Below, piece by piece: positions 1 to 13,345 of a DNA stretch of 64,000 bases. Location of the stretch: NCBI GenBank assembly GCA_013239625.1, contig MU056000.1, forward strand, positions 8,099,214-8,163,213, read 5' to 3'. The stretch is from Lama guanicoe (taxonomy: Eukaryota). Made by a program: the position numbers and the translations under genes. Below the pieces are notes generated by a model that saw only the letters and a program-made list of their open reading frames with translations, had not been told where the DNA came from and did no database searches. Position 1 is the first letter of the stretch. Every line of letters begins with the position of its first letter.

Positions 1-1869
1 ATAATTTCCAAGATCAAAGTTTGGTTATACATAAATGTGATTTTTAGGACAGAGATGTAGCTATTCAAGTCATGAATGGTAGAAGCTGAAGCCACAAGAG
101 CAAGACAAGGTCTCTAAGGGCTAATAAAGATATCAGTTTAATTCCAAAGGATGATTTTACCATCGAAGGAAAGAGTTATTAACAAGAATGCACTAAAATA
201 AATAGCTGTGAGATCGGCCACCGTCTCAAACAGGTGCTCAGTGAATGTTTTGTTAGGCTTTTAATTCAGGACAGTCAGGAATAATGAACACACAAACTGT
301 GACAGACAAGTTCAGGGCTCAATACTTGACCGTGGCAGCTTTGTTTAGATATCCTTTTGTCAGAAAGTTTATAAACATTCTTTACTTACTCTTAGGTTAA
401 ACTAATTCTTTCTAAATGATGTAAAATCTTATCTTTACATAGACCATGAAAAATAAAGCCATCTAGATTCACATGTATCTTTAACTGTTAGAAAATTTGC
501 ATTCATTCCCAGCCCTCTTGTTATCCAATCTTCGCAGAAGGTTAAGAATAAGTTGAAGGTTAAGTAGTATTTTATTTTAAATGAGAGTTAATTCTTAGAG
601 CAACATCAAATAAAGAGAAAGGGGAAATTGTTTAACAGAAAATATTGAGTAAGAATAAAGGGGAAAAACAGTGGAAGTTATATGCATACAAAAGGGCTAT
701 TATCAATTACAAAATCAATGAGAAAAATATCAATTATTTGTAAGAATATTAAACTGATTTAAATTCAGCTCAAAGCACTGCAGTCATATCTAACCACAAG
801 TTAACTGTACAGATTAAAAACACTGACTGGCTTAAACTGCATTATCAATCCGTTTCATTGAAAGTAGCAGTTTCTTCTCTATGGGCTCTGGATACACTTG
901 TCAGTTTACAAACTTGCTTGGAATAAGAGGTAGCTCATAGAGATAAACTGGTTGTGTTCTCCTGATATTTGCTAGTAACTTGAAAAGCTCAGATGTAGGA
1001 GTCTCACTGAGGCATTTCCCTGAAAATAGTAAATCAGCCCATCTACTGTTCCTAAAACTAACTGAAAGAAAAAGCTTGGCGGGGGGAGGGGGCTCGTTAT
1101 GCAAGGAAGCTTAGGGTCCATGTGGCTGTTCTCTGGGCAGATATATTTCTAAGCTTCATTTCTAAGTCTCTCTGCCCAGAATATCGATTTCATCTGGTCA
1201 ACTGCTTGCAATGTATAACGGTTTACATGAAAATTAAAACTTTCATGGTCCCAAGGAAGGGAAAGTACTCATTCGGTTTTTAAACTGATTTGGATTCAAC
1301 CAATATCATTAATTAGTATGCTTTTTGACGTTTGACTATCATATATGAATCGTATATGAATAAAGAGAAGGCTGGTAAAGCTTTTCACACTACACAATAA
1401 CTCAGTTTCTTTACAACTGTATACAGTGGAGGGAAATGAGCAAAGTGACATTTATCACAAAAAATAAATTTCATATATGTAACTTCAGTTTAAAATGCAC
1501 AGCTCAAGAATTTGATTGTGCATGAGATTTTGCATGATATTATCATCATAGAATGGTATTTTTATAACTCACTCTAGTCCCTAACAATTTCCTTGTAAAG
1601 TTTTGTCTTCTGATTATTTACTGTTCAAAAAAAAATGTGGCACAAAATGAAGAAAAGCATTACATATATTTCCTTATAAATTAACAGTCTAAAGATAACA
1701 GATGCATATCTCTCATAGTCGATAATTGTGAAAAGAAATAGAAAACAAATACAAATCAGTTTAGAAAAAAACAAGATTTAAAAGCTAAATCCTGAGAACA
1801 TTACAATGTTCTATAATTGGCATTACACTAGCTTAAAGAACCAGTTTTTAATTTGCCACGAATCATAGA

Positions 1870-2530
1870 CTTTCCCTAGATATCTGCATGGTTTGCTCCT
1901 GTATTCATTCAGGGCCCTGATCGTGCATCTTCTCGCAAAGGATGACTTCTGGTCCTCTGATCATTCTCTCAAAACCAGAGTGGCTCTCAAACTTGCCAGT
2001 CTCATAACCCTTCCATGCTTAAAAATTACTGAGGACCCCAAAGAGCTTTTATTTACTAAGTGGTAGAGAATGCTATTTATGATATTAACACTGGGAAGTG
2101 TTTACAAGCGAAGGATGCGTTGCACATTTTCCGTGAGCTGTCAGAACGAGGATCCAGCCTCTGGGATGCGCCACTGAACTCTCATTCCGCGAGACTCCAT
2201 TCTCAAACTCCGACCCTCCCCGCGTGAGAGTGAGCACGGAAGGGCAAACAGCGTGGTGGGAGGGCTATGAAAACGGGTGCCTTTGCAGGCCCCCTGAAAG
2301 GGTCTCAAGGACCCCCAGGAATCCCAAGTACACGGTGCACTCTGGGAGGCGCTGCCCTCCTCTGTGCCCCACCAGCTGTCACTGCTGGTAGCAATCACCT
2401 ACCTGAACTTACGCTCTTTATGGAGTGCTTGATTTCAGCCTTTCCTGCCTGGAATGTGAATGCCACAAGGACAGAGACCCTCTGTGCTGCTGCTAGTAAG
2501 TGCTTAACACAGACATTTAAAAAAAGAATG
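1870..2530 (+). mobile_element. L2 LINE 3' fragment interrupted by a hAT element
   Basis: L2-like ccctagatatctgcatggtttgctcc...cattcagg on the left and ctggaatgtgaatgccacaaggacagagacc...gtgcttaacacag on the right. Confidence 0.55.
1978..2354 (-). mobile_element. hAT-Charlie DNA transposon remnant (Charlie1-like)
   Basis: Termini resemble Charlie1: ctctcaaactt...aaaaattactgaggaccccaaagagctttt and ccccctgaaagggtctcaaggacccccagg...gcgctg. Confidence 0.7.
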
Positions 2531-5151
2531 TATCAGCTACCTGCGCCTATAGTGACATAGTAAAAACTCAGTATATTAAGATCTGACTTCATCAGTTGCT
2601 GCTGAAGTGACTTATTGTTTGATCAGTGGCAGTTTTTATGTTTTAACGTCTGGGGGAATCCCGTAAGACATCTCCATAAGGTATCACCAGGAGACCCCTC
2701 CTTCCACTGTGCCCCGGGCAAAAGTCTGCTTATTCTGACTTTGTCACGGGCGCTTTCTGCCTCTTTACTTTTGCTCACTTTCAGAGCTTTCATCTGACAC
2801 TCGTGTTTGTGTGTTGGGTACCTATGGTGCCCTGACAATTTCAAAACCCAATTATACTTTCATTAAAAATTTCAGCCAGGCTTTAAACTCTGTGCTTGAT
2901 TCCAAGAGACCCTGATAACACAGATGAGAATGATGCTTTTACTGAGAAATTTGCACTGCTTTCTCTTACTTAGGGAACGGATAAGGAGCACTTGGTATTT
3001 TATGTCTTTGCTTGTCCCTTTAATTCCTAGGTCTGCCGCCGAGCCAGTGACCTCTTTGGAGAAGGTATAACATGCTTCTTAAATGTCTGTGAGATAAAAG
3101 GAAATCTAAGAAAAGGAAACTGAACGTTAGCTGAAAACCACCAGGTAGCAGTACAGTCTGGAGGGAAAGATAAGGACAGCTTCCTGGAGGAGATGACCTC
3201 ACCCTGCGTGCTACCTGGGTGTTTACCCTCAACTTCTGCTCACACCTTTCACGGCTAACTTCCTGTTGGCTCTGTAACACCACAGGGAGCTGGGGAGGTA
3301 AGTGTGAGTGAATCTGGAAAAGAAACAAAAGGATGCATGCAGAATCAGACAACACCACGTCTGGAACCATGACAAACTTCTAGAGAAGAGACTGTCTTGT
3401 TTATGTTTCAAAAACTTGGCCCAGAGAGTGTATGATGAAGTAATTTCACAAGGAATGAACAATTCAAGGATGTCATCAACTAATGTGAATAAATTCATGT
3501 CTAGGAAAGGACTTGGGGTCTCCAGAGTCCACGTGACAGTCCCCAACCCCTGGTGGAGTGAGAGGAACAGCAGGACTTGGATCCAGGTCTTAGGGCTTCA
3601 GGGGCAGGATGGGTGACCTTGAACCCACATCCAGAGGCTCTCCATCCTGTCAGGTCTGACTGAAGACCTGGTTTCCACCATAATAGAGACTAAAACAAAC
3701 CAGTCCTCTTTCCCTGAGCATCACATCAATACTGTGAGCCACAGTATTAGTATATTTCTCACTTTGATTATTCTAATTACTATGAAAAATCTTATACTCT
3801 TACACCACATTAGAATCTGCTGTTGCCATGCTTGCCAGGAGTTATGAAAATATTCACATGACAACGATGTCTCTTACCTTTACTACGATTACATAAGAAT
3901 ATATGGGATTGTATTTTATAGCATTTTAATAACCTCATCTCTCAACAATTATCTTGCCATATAGAATTAAGTATATTCACAGTAATTAGATGAAAATGAC
4001 AGACTGTAAATCAAGAGCAAGTAATTCACTTCTGTCAAACTGCATATGATCATTCTATTTGGATTTTATAGTAACTTATATGATTCTTGATTTTTTTGAA
4101 TGTTCTGATTTGAGAACTCAATAAGATAACCTTCCTTTGCCATAATAAGCAGAATATATTAAGCTCCTAAAATTTTCTCCCTATGGAACATTGGGATTTT
4201 CTAAAATATGGTGGAATTTCAATTTCTCAATGTGCAACAAAAGGAAATAATTGCTATTTCAAAATATAATATTTAAGCAAATTAACAATCTTTATAAACA
4301 TATGAACCGTTTTCCCCCAAGCTGTCTATTGTCTTTCTGATTTTGACTGACAAATATTTTTATCAAGCTTTGGCTAAGACGTAATGAGTTTGTGTCTCCA
4401 AGGATGCGAGGATTGAATAAGGTACCTGGTCTATGGCAGTTTGGGTCAAGCTGTATGTTGTGTGAGAAGCTAATGACCCTGAGCTTCAGTCAACAATTTT
4501 TTTTTTCCCCAGTAAAGCAACAGCAATTCCCCTAGTGACTCCGTGACACACACTTGTTAGAATTGAAATGACACAGCCGGCAGCCACACAATAGTGGCGG
4601 GGTGACGGTTTACACACTGTTTAGGACAGCACGTCTTAAACAATGCAAAGTGTTGGAAAACTGGTCACTGTGTGAGGCTAGAGTCAGTCAGTACACTGGA
4701 GCAGTTATTGCTCGCCTTAGGGTCAAGAGTAAGGGTTTATTTACTAAGATCCAAATTTTACTTTAATCAGACCTTGGAAAAGAAAATAACAAAAGCTTGG
4801 AAACACAACAAATGAAGTACGATGTGCTTAGGGGTTGAGATTGGTCGCCACTGCTGTAATTTTCCAAGCTGATTTTAGACTGTGTTTAGTGTTGTTTTAG
4901 TCTCTTCTGAGTCAGGACTGAGACGCTGGCTCTCAAGGTCAGCCTGCCAGGCCCAGCTTAGCCTTAGCCATTTCACGTCTGCTCTAGCCAATGAGTCCAC
5001 TGATTGAACAATCACGAAAACAAGGGGCGAGCAGAATCTGATGGGTGTGTGCTAATTATATGAAAGGTGTCAAAGAGCCCCTGGATACTGACGTGTTACG
5101 TTCATATATCATGACTATAAACAAGGTATATTGTTCTAGTATTTTGCAGAA

Positions 5152-5551
5152 TGTTGTGTGGATCATTTTCTTTGCTCCCCCATTCATTCTCTGTCTCAGA
5201 GGCTGTATCCCAAGGGTCCCCTGGCATTTGGTTTTATGACGGGACTTGGCCAGTGGGAGGCATGACAAGGACATCAGAAGGCAGGAGGAGAGAGAGGCTG
5301 GGCTATTTATTCCTCTGCTCCCACCAGCCATGCCTCTTGACTCTGCTGGCACCAATTCACCGACGTTTCCTCCGGGACTAAGGGTGGCCAGGGTTTCCAT
5401 CTGTTGCTGCTCCCTGAGTACCTCTGCAGGCATTGACTGTTCCCTTAATCTTGCTCACTCCTTTGTAAATAGTCCCTTAATTAAATTCTTTTCACTTAAA
5501 CTCTTTTTGAGTAGAATCCGTTTCCCATCTGGACCTTGTTACAAAAATACA
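5152..5551 (+). mobile_element. ERVL solo LTR, LTR33-like
   Basis: ttggccagtgggaggcatgacaaggacatcagaaggcaggaggagagagaggctgggctatttattcc ... tgtaaatagtcccttaattaaattc ... aataca end. Confidence 0.75.
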
Positions 5552-6129
5552 AACAGCAATTGAGACTTTCATGTTACGATATTCTAAGTACTTAAAATTA
5601 GCAATAATTGATCCCCCAAATGATAGTTATCTAGTCAATATTTTAATATTAATTCCCTAAATTTTACTCAATTGGTTCAGTCTAAAACTGACTCTGAAAA
5701 TACTAAAAACAAATAAACGTTTCTTAAGAACAACAACATTCCATATTTCACTGTGGTTCAGATCCGTTGGCACAAAACTTTCCAGTGGCACTTCCGTCAC
5801 CTGTGGTTCTTGTTTGGTTTTTTTGGTTTTTTGTTTTGTCGTTTTTTGCTTTAGTTCTTTTCCTGTCTTCAAACAAGGAAACTTTTCTTACAAAAAAACA
5901 ATTAACTAAAAGTCTAGGAGTCTTCAAAAAAGTAATTCAATACATGACAACATTAACGAATCCTTCTGAAAACCAAAAATTCAGCAATTAGCAAATAAAT
6001 CTCAAAGAAACTTTAACTGGAGTATTTTATTTTCCTGTAATAAAGATACATCTTTTGTAGGTAATCTTTGAAAACATTTGCAGAAATACAAAAGCGATCA
6101 CTAAAAATTATTTCTGTATCTCCTGTGTG

Positions 6130-7290
6130 TAGAATGTCTCAATTTAGAAAGTTCTGGGTTATTAGTTGACTTAAAGATGTTAAAAAGTTCATGTATTTAT
6201 TCTTTCTGTTATTTTGTTTATCTCTTCTAGTATTCATTTCTTTCTTCTACTCTTTTGTTTTATGTTACTTTATTTCTGCATTGCTTTTATTATTTCCATT
6301 TTCTTGGCTGCTTCTGGTTTTTTTAGCTGCTTTTAAGGTGTTCCAATAATGAGTATAATATCCTTTTATTTTGTCTTTTATCTTTAATAATAAGATTATG
6401 ATTTCCTCTCAGTGTAGTTTTTTTTAACCATACCCTATGTTTTCATATAAAATATAGCTATTTTATTTGTTTTGTAAACAGTACATAATTTTCTTTTTTA
6501 CTTCCATTTGATTCAGTAGCTCCAAAAGTGTTTCTTGATTTTAATGTGATTACATTTTACTTATCATTTTATTATTTACTTTTAATTTTTACTGCATTAT
6601 TATCAAAGAATTGGGCCTTTTTATACTTTTTAATTATTAGAATTATCTTTACAGTCTAGTAGCTGACCAGTATTTGTGAATTTTCCAGATATATATAACA
6701 AATGTTTATTATTATTCAAAAAAGGTAACTTTTACAATTTACTTAAGGCATTAACTTGTTATTTATTCCAAATTTCTGTGGCCTTTCCTTCTAGTATTTA
6801 GTCTGATTCTGAGAAATGTCCACAATGTACTTCATCAACTTCTTTCATTTTTAATAATTTTTAATATTCAGATGTTACATTGCTTGGTGCACACATGTTC
6901 ACCGTATTTTACCACACAATGGTAAGTTATTTCACTATGTAATTCCTTTTTGACCCTGCATAATGCTCCTGCATTAAATTCCACTCCATCTCACATTATT
7001 CTTCCCAGTTCCACTCTTCGTGGTCATTGTATTGCTGTCACTAACTTGTCAATTCCTTTAATTTCAACATTTAGCTCATTAACATAAGTGTGTATATTAA
7101 ACATAACATCACTATTTTATCCTCGTTTACTACAAACTTGAATTTTTATTCTCTTTCAAAAAATTCAGTGCGCTTACAGGTAGTGCTAGATTGATATACT
7201 TGACTTATCACTTCTATTTTAATTTGTTTGCTCCTTAATTTACTCTTTTCTTCCTTCTTTTTTTTTTGTACTTCCTACGAATTAAAGGTT
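6130..7290 (-). mobile_element. Highly decayed ancient L1 (L1M-type) fragment
   Basis: Long T-rich stretch with reverse-L1 ORF2-like phrases (gatttcctctcagtgtagt...taaccataccctatgttttcatat; gatgttacattgcttggtgcacac). Confidence 0.55.
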
Positions 7291-8310
7291 ATCCCTCTGC
7301 TAAAATCATAATAAAATATATTTCTCCATTATAATATAAAAATAAGATAGCCAAAATCATCCCTCCCCCAGATACACTATTTTTATCTCTGCTTTTCTTA
7401 CTCGCTAGAAAATGAGTACATGTGCCTCAGTATTAAGTAAACATAGTTCTAACTACAGCTGCTCCTACAAAAGAAATGTATCTATAGACTTTGAGAAAGA
7501 AGAGGTAATAATTTTACATTTTAACATATGAAATACAGAGAACAAGTATAATACAAATCATGCAGCTCACTTTAGGAGTTTTATTGAGGGGATGCGTAAG
7601 GGTTAAAACAAATCTGGACATTCATGATGGTGTTATCCTAAGATTAGTGGGTGTCATAAAGATCACAGAGAAAATGAACTCACATGCCAATTAAATGGTT
7701 TTAAGATCACTATGCTATCTTATTCTTATATCTTCCTTTTACATAGCAAAAATACATGGGTATTTAAGGAAATTCTATTTTTTAAAATCAAGGAATAAAA
7801 TGCTCCACTGATTTCTGATGTAGAAATTATCAGGGTAATGTATTTTTTAGTGATTTAATTTTTAGCTTTTTGTGGGATTTTATTTAAATAGGTCAAGAGA
7901 ATTTTATGATTTATTAAAGTGAGGTTTGTTTCAACCCATAGAACTTTTATTTCTAAGCCTCAACCACTCTGGTTGAAAAATATATAATTATGCAGAAAGA
8001 AAGACATCTTTAAATATTCTCTTGAGAGTAAGACGGCCATGCAAGATAGCTAAATACAGAAATGTAAGGAGTTCCTGCATGGTACCATAGCATAGTACTA
8101 AGTAGTACTGCACAGACTGCATGACTTTTTCTATTTTGTTATATAATTGCTCTTCTGTTTAAGATCCCTACCAACAATAATCTGTAGGAATAAAGCACTG
8201 AGTGTTAATTTTAAAGGAGACACTGTTGATTAAACAACTGTATGATGAGTTCACACAATGTGCTAGTTTAGGTGCCAAAAAGGGTATCAGAGAATTGGTG
8301 AGAATCACCA

Positions 8311-8348
8311 ACATGTCAATAATTGGTGAGAACTCCAGAAGCCAATTA
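8311..8348. repeat. Copy A of a 38-nt dispersed repeat flanking the exon pair
   Basis: acatgtcaataattggtgagaactccagaagccaatta is 33/38 identical to 9976-10013; 8311-8326 is the exact reverse complement of 10007-10022. Confidence 0.9.
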
Positions 8349-8380
8349 CTTACTTAAGAGAGTTTGACTATACTTCAGTA

Positions 8381-8383
8381 ATA

Positions 8384-8424
<41 letters not shown>

Positions 8425-8452
8425 GGAGGGAGGGAGGGAGGGAGAGAGAGAG
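8381..8452. repeat. Compound microsatellite (TA)n(GA)n(GGGA)n(GA)n
   Basis: Directly visible. Confidence 0.97.
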
Positions 8453-8665
8453 TTTATAATCAACTGTGAGTCAATGTCAGGTAATGCAAGAGTGGAGTAG
8501 ATGAGAGTGGAGTGAAATGGCTAAAACATGTATAATCACATCTGGAAGTCCTACAAGATATGGCTCATGATATTAGTTATATTAATATTATAATTAGTTG
8601 TAGTAATATGATAAAATTAACATTAATGGTGTAATACACTTACACTTCAATTGTCTTCAAGCTTA

Positions 8666-9191
<526 letters not shown>

Positions 9192-9226
9192 CTTGTGATT
9201 GCCAGTGAAACTGCTCTTCTGTTGAA
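9192..9226 (-). CDS. CTNND2: Catenin delta-2 (delta-catenin) internal coding exon, 35 nt (human exon 4 equivalent), encoding (S)STEEQFHWQSQ(D)
   Basis: Minus strand reads tctcttttttacag|TTCAACAGAAGAGCAGTTTCACTGGCAATCACAAG|gtaaag: canonical AG/GT with a pyrimidine tract. Translation matches recalled delta-catenin SSAEEQFQWQSQD and splices in frame (phase 1) to the 8683-8799 exon. Confidence 0.95.
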
Positions 9227-9974
9227 CTGTAAAAAAGAGAATACAAAGGTATAACACACTGGTTAGACACAGAAGAACCTAGACTATGAGACACAAAGGC
9301 ACATTCGGGCAGTGGTGATGGCTCCATGGCACTCCTTTTAATTTTCTACTGAGAAAAGGGATCCCATTTTGATGCAATCTCAACTTTAATCCCATTTGAT
9401 ATACACCTCTTTTGATTCACAGATATTAGCATGTTATCAATGGACATCGTTTAGTAATTTTCAGAAGAACAGCTCATTTTTTACAAATCCCAACCTATTA
9501 TACTCAGTCCTTAACCATTGTTTCTACATCCATGCAGTTCTATCCAATTTTAGTTATTTTAAAATACAAGTCTGAATAGATTCACGTAGATTTTGTAAGA
9601 TATTCCAATAAAGAAATAACTTTCTCCATCTTCATTATAAAGAGATAAAATAAATCTATACCTTATTCAAGACATATAAGCACTTCCTTTCATTCATTAT
9701 GCTTTAAATTAAGGAATTTTAAAATTGTAACACTTTATCACCAACTGAATATACAGTTCCCAAATTCTCACTTTACAGATACATCTCATAAAACGACCCA
9801 AGCAGAGAGGGTTACTCATGTAAATGTTATGCCAAAGATACTGCGCAGATTTTATCTTTGCAGGCACAAAAATTTATTTTGAATAAGTTATTAAAATACA
9901 TAAATAAATTTAAATTTTCTAAATATAAACAACTCTTTCATTATATATGCAAATACTTCCAACATACTCTTTTT

Positions 9975-10023
9975 TACACGCCAATAATTGGTGAGAAATC
10001 TAGATGCCAATTATTGACATGTA
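9975..10023. repeat. Copy B: inverted repeat/hairpin with 17-nt arms and a 15-nt loop
   Basis: tacacgccaataattgg (9975-9991) / ccaattattgacatgta (10007-10023); 15/17 Watson-Crick, and the other two pairs are G-U in the minus-strand RNA. Confidence 0.9.
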
Positions 10024-10560
10024 TCATTTTGAGAATGATTTTCTATACTGATTTCACTAAATCTTTTACTCTGATCAAGCAGCTCCTATGAATAGCTCAT
10101 CAGTCTCACAAGAGCAAGTAGGTTTTAGAACTTTAATCTGCACTGTAGAGATGGCTTCTGAATACATTTGTGGGGGTAGGAGGAGGGAATTCTGGTAGAA
10201 ATCAGTGTTCAGAATAGCCATGATTGATATATAGGAAGATAAGAGTAGTCCCTTAAGAGCCATATGACTTTTTTTAGGGTATCTTGCTCCTCAGCTAATC
10301 CATTTTAGCCAAGTGGAAATGGTTTTACAATGATGAGAGCTACAGACAGTTGATGATACATGAAATGGTAACATTACAAATTCAGTCCAATGCAACTTTT
10401 CCTAGCACCAATTAGGTGTAGCATTATATACTAGTAACATCTAACAGTAAAATTTAACACTTAAAACAGAAATTTAACCCTGTAATTAATATTTTAGAAA
10501 GTACAAAGCATGTTCACTTAGTAAGTGGCATTTAACATAAGGAGAAAATGCTTTCATATT

Positions 10561-10956
10561 TGTGGTGGGTTGAATGGTGCCCTTTTCCCCCCAGAAATAT
10601 ATCCACACCAAATCCCTAGAAATTGTGAATGCTTATTTATTGGAAAAGAGTTAAAGATCTTCAGATGAGATCATTCTAAATGCAGTGACAAATGTCCTTA
10701 TAAAAGACAGTAGAGGAGAAGGACTGCCATTGAAGATGAAGGCAGAGATTGGAGTTATGCATCTGTAAACCAAGGAATGCCTGAGGCCATCAGAACCTGG
10801 AGTCAAGAAAAGATCCTCCCTTTTAGCCTTCCTAGGGAACAGCCCTGTCGACCAACCTTGATTTTGAACTTTTGGCCTCCCAAACTGTGAGGTAATAGTT
10901 TTTTTAAGCCACTCAGTTGTGGTAATCTGTAATTGCAGCCACAGGAAACCAATACA
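10561..10956 (+). mobile_element. MaLR solo LTR (MLT1B/C-like)
   Basis: TG...CA termini (tgtggtgggttgaatgg ... gcagccacaggaaaccaataca), typical core gaaggcagagattggagttatgc; near-TSD atatt/gtatt. Confidence 0.88.
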
Positions 10957-11210
10957 GTATTTTTCAGATTCAATGAAAATGCTCTCAATGTTCTATCCTT
11001 CAGGATTGACTACTGTCTCTGCTTTACACTCCTTTTACCAGTTCAGCCCTTTGCAAAGTACTTATGGTACATCAGTAATTCACAACAGTCACAAATCTCT
11101 TTGGTAGATGGGAAATAGCTGGCTTATTAATGTTAAATAACTTGACCACATGCATCATAAGGAACACCGCAGAGATTTAAACTAGTCTGTCCAACTCCAA
11201 AACTCATGGA

Positions 11211-12931
11211 ACAGAGCTGGAGGAGTCATGCTCCCTGACTTCAGACTATACTAAAGGCTACAGAAATCAAAACAGTATGTATGGTACTGGTACAAAAAAC
11301 AGACACACAGATCAATGGAAGAGAACAGAGAGCCCAGAAATAAACCCACACACTGTGGTCAATTAACCTATGACAAAAGAGGCAGGAATACACAGTGAGG
11401 AAAAGACAATCTCTTCGATGAATGAATCCCATGGGAAAACAGGACAGCTCCGTGTAGAAGGATGAAATTAGAACCCTCTCCAACACCATATACATAAGTA
11501 GACTCAAAATAGATAAAAGACCTTAATGTAAGACACTGTAAAGCTCCTAGTGGAAAACTCCTACTCCTTCTGTAGGCGGAACACTCTGTGACATAAATTG
11601 CAGTAGTATTTTTTTTTTTTGGATCTGTCTCCCAAACCAAAGGAAACAACAGCAAAAATAAACAAATAGGAATTAATTAAACTTAAAAGCTTTTGCACAA
11701 CAGAGGAAACAGTCAAAAAAATGAAAAGACAATCTACTGAATGGGAAAAGATATGACTGATAAGGGGTTAGTACCCAACATACACAATCAGCTCATACAA
11801 CTCAATAATAATAAATTTTAAAAATCTGATTAAAGAATGTGCAGAAGAGCTAAATAGAGATTTTTCCAAAGAGAAAATGCAGATGGCCACTGGGCACAAG
11901 ACAAGATGCTGAACATCACTAATCATCAGGGAAATGCAAATCAAAACCACAAGGAGATACCACCTTACACCTATCAGAATGGCTGTCATCAAAAAGAACA
12001 CAAATGTTGGCAAGGATGTGGAGAAAAGGAAACCCTTGTAGGCTGCTGGTGAGAATGTAAATTGGTGCAGTCACTGTGGACAGCAGGATGGGGGTTTCCC
12101 AAAAAAGTAAAAATAGAACTACCATATGACCCAGCAATTCCACTCCTGGGTATATATATGAAAAAAAAAACCAAAAACACTACCTCAAAAAGATACATGC
12201 AGCTTGATGTTCATAGAAGCATCATTTACAATTGCCTAGGTGTGGAAGCAACGTAAATGAAATGGACAGATGACTGGACAGAGAAGTTGTAGCATATGTA
12301 CACAACAGAACATTACTCAGCTTAAAAAAAGAATAAAATTTTGCCATTTGCAGCAACATGGATGAACTTGGAGAACGTTATGCTAAGTGAAATAGGTCAG
12401 ACAGACAAAGACAAATACTGTACAATACCACCTGTATGTGGAATCTAAACAAATACAACAAACTAGTGAATAAAACAAAAAAGAAGCAGACTCACAGACA
12501 TAGATAGAGAACAAACTATTGTTACCAGTAGGGAGTGGGGAGGAGTGAGGGGAAAGATAGGAGTAGGGAGGAAAAAAAGGGTTATTATGGGGTTATACGA
12601 AGCCACGTGTGTGAAACTTTTGAAAATTGTAAAGCACTACAGAATTTAAAGGGTGGGAAGGGATAAATTCAGGACTTCAAGATTTGCAAATATTAACCAC
12701 TATGTATAAAAATAGATAAAAAACCAAATTTCTTCTGTATAGAACAGGAAACTATATTCAATATCTTGTAATAACCTCCTATTAAAAAGAATATGAAAAT
12801 GAATATATGTATGCATATGTATGGACTGGGTCATTATGCTGTAGACCAGAGACTGACACATTGTAACTGAATACACTTCAATAAAAAAATTAAAAATTTA
12901 AAAAATAAATAATCTTTCATTCAATAAAAAA
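11211..12931 (+). mobile_element. 5'-truncated L1 (ORF2 3' end + 3'UTR), degenerate, with a nested L1
   Basis: ORF2 C-terminal motifs ([15 protein letters not shown] in ORF 12062..12256), 3'UTR and poly(A); TSD-like aaaactcatgga (11199-11210) / aaaagtcacgga (12932-12943). Confidence 0.93.
12651..12905 (+). mobile_element. Young camelid-type L1 3' end nested in the older L1 tail
   Basis: gggtgggaagggataaatt...caagatttgcaaatattaaccac...cattgtaactgaatacacttcaataaaa interrupts the host tail ...agaatttaaa|aatctttcattcaataaaa. Confidence 0.85.
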
Positions 12932-12959
12932 AAAAGTCACGGAGGGAGACACACTTGTT

Positions 12960-13345
12960 GCTTCCCACCTGAAGCAGGAAGAGTGAGCAGGTCACTGGGA
13001 GCTTCTCCACTGCTCACCAGAGTCCCGCTCTCCTCTCCTTGCAGGCACACTGAGGACCACACGTTCCTGCCCCCTTCCATGTAGATAGGTTACGTGGAAG
13101 TCCCTGAGAGGAAGGGACAGATGCCACCACCTGCCCCGAGCACAGAAGGGCAGGCACAAGATTTCATCCACTCTCCTTGCGAAGCCCTGTGTTGAGGTGG
13201 GTCTCCAAGTAGCCATGCGAAGGGGGGGGGTTTCTGCCAACCCAGAGAAGGCACAGCCCTAGTGAGAAATAAACCACTGTTTTGTTAAAACTCTGAAGTT
13301 GGAGAGTTGTTTGTTTCGGTAGAATGAATGTTACACTGAATAATC
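12960..13345 (+). mobile_element. Old MaLR LTR remnant (MLT1J/K-like)
   Basis: 3' end gtgagaaataaaccactgttttgttaaaactctgaagttggagagttgtttgtt is typical of MLT1. Confidence 0.5.

Noticed and set aside
3138..3153. CTCF-like motif ccaccaggtagcagta
   Set aside because: It mismatches a core G; isolated motif matches are expected by chance.
7559..8043. Two UGCAUG (RBFOX) motifs in the sense strand downstream of the 117-nt exon
   Set aside because: Sparse and 0.6-1.1 kb from the exon; compatible with chance without conservation data.
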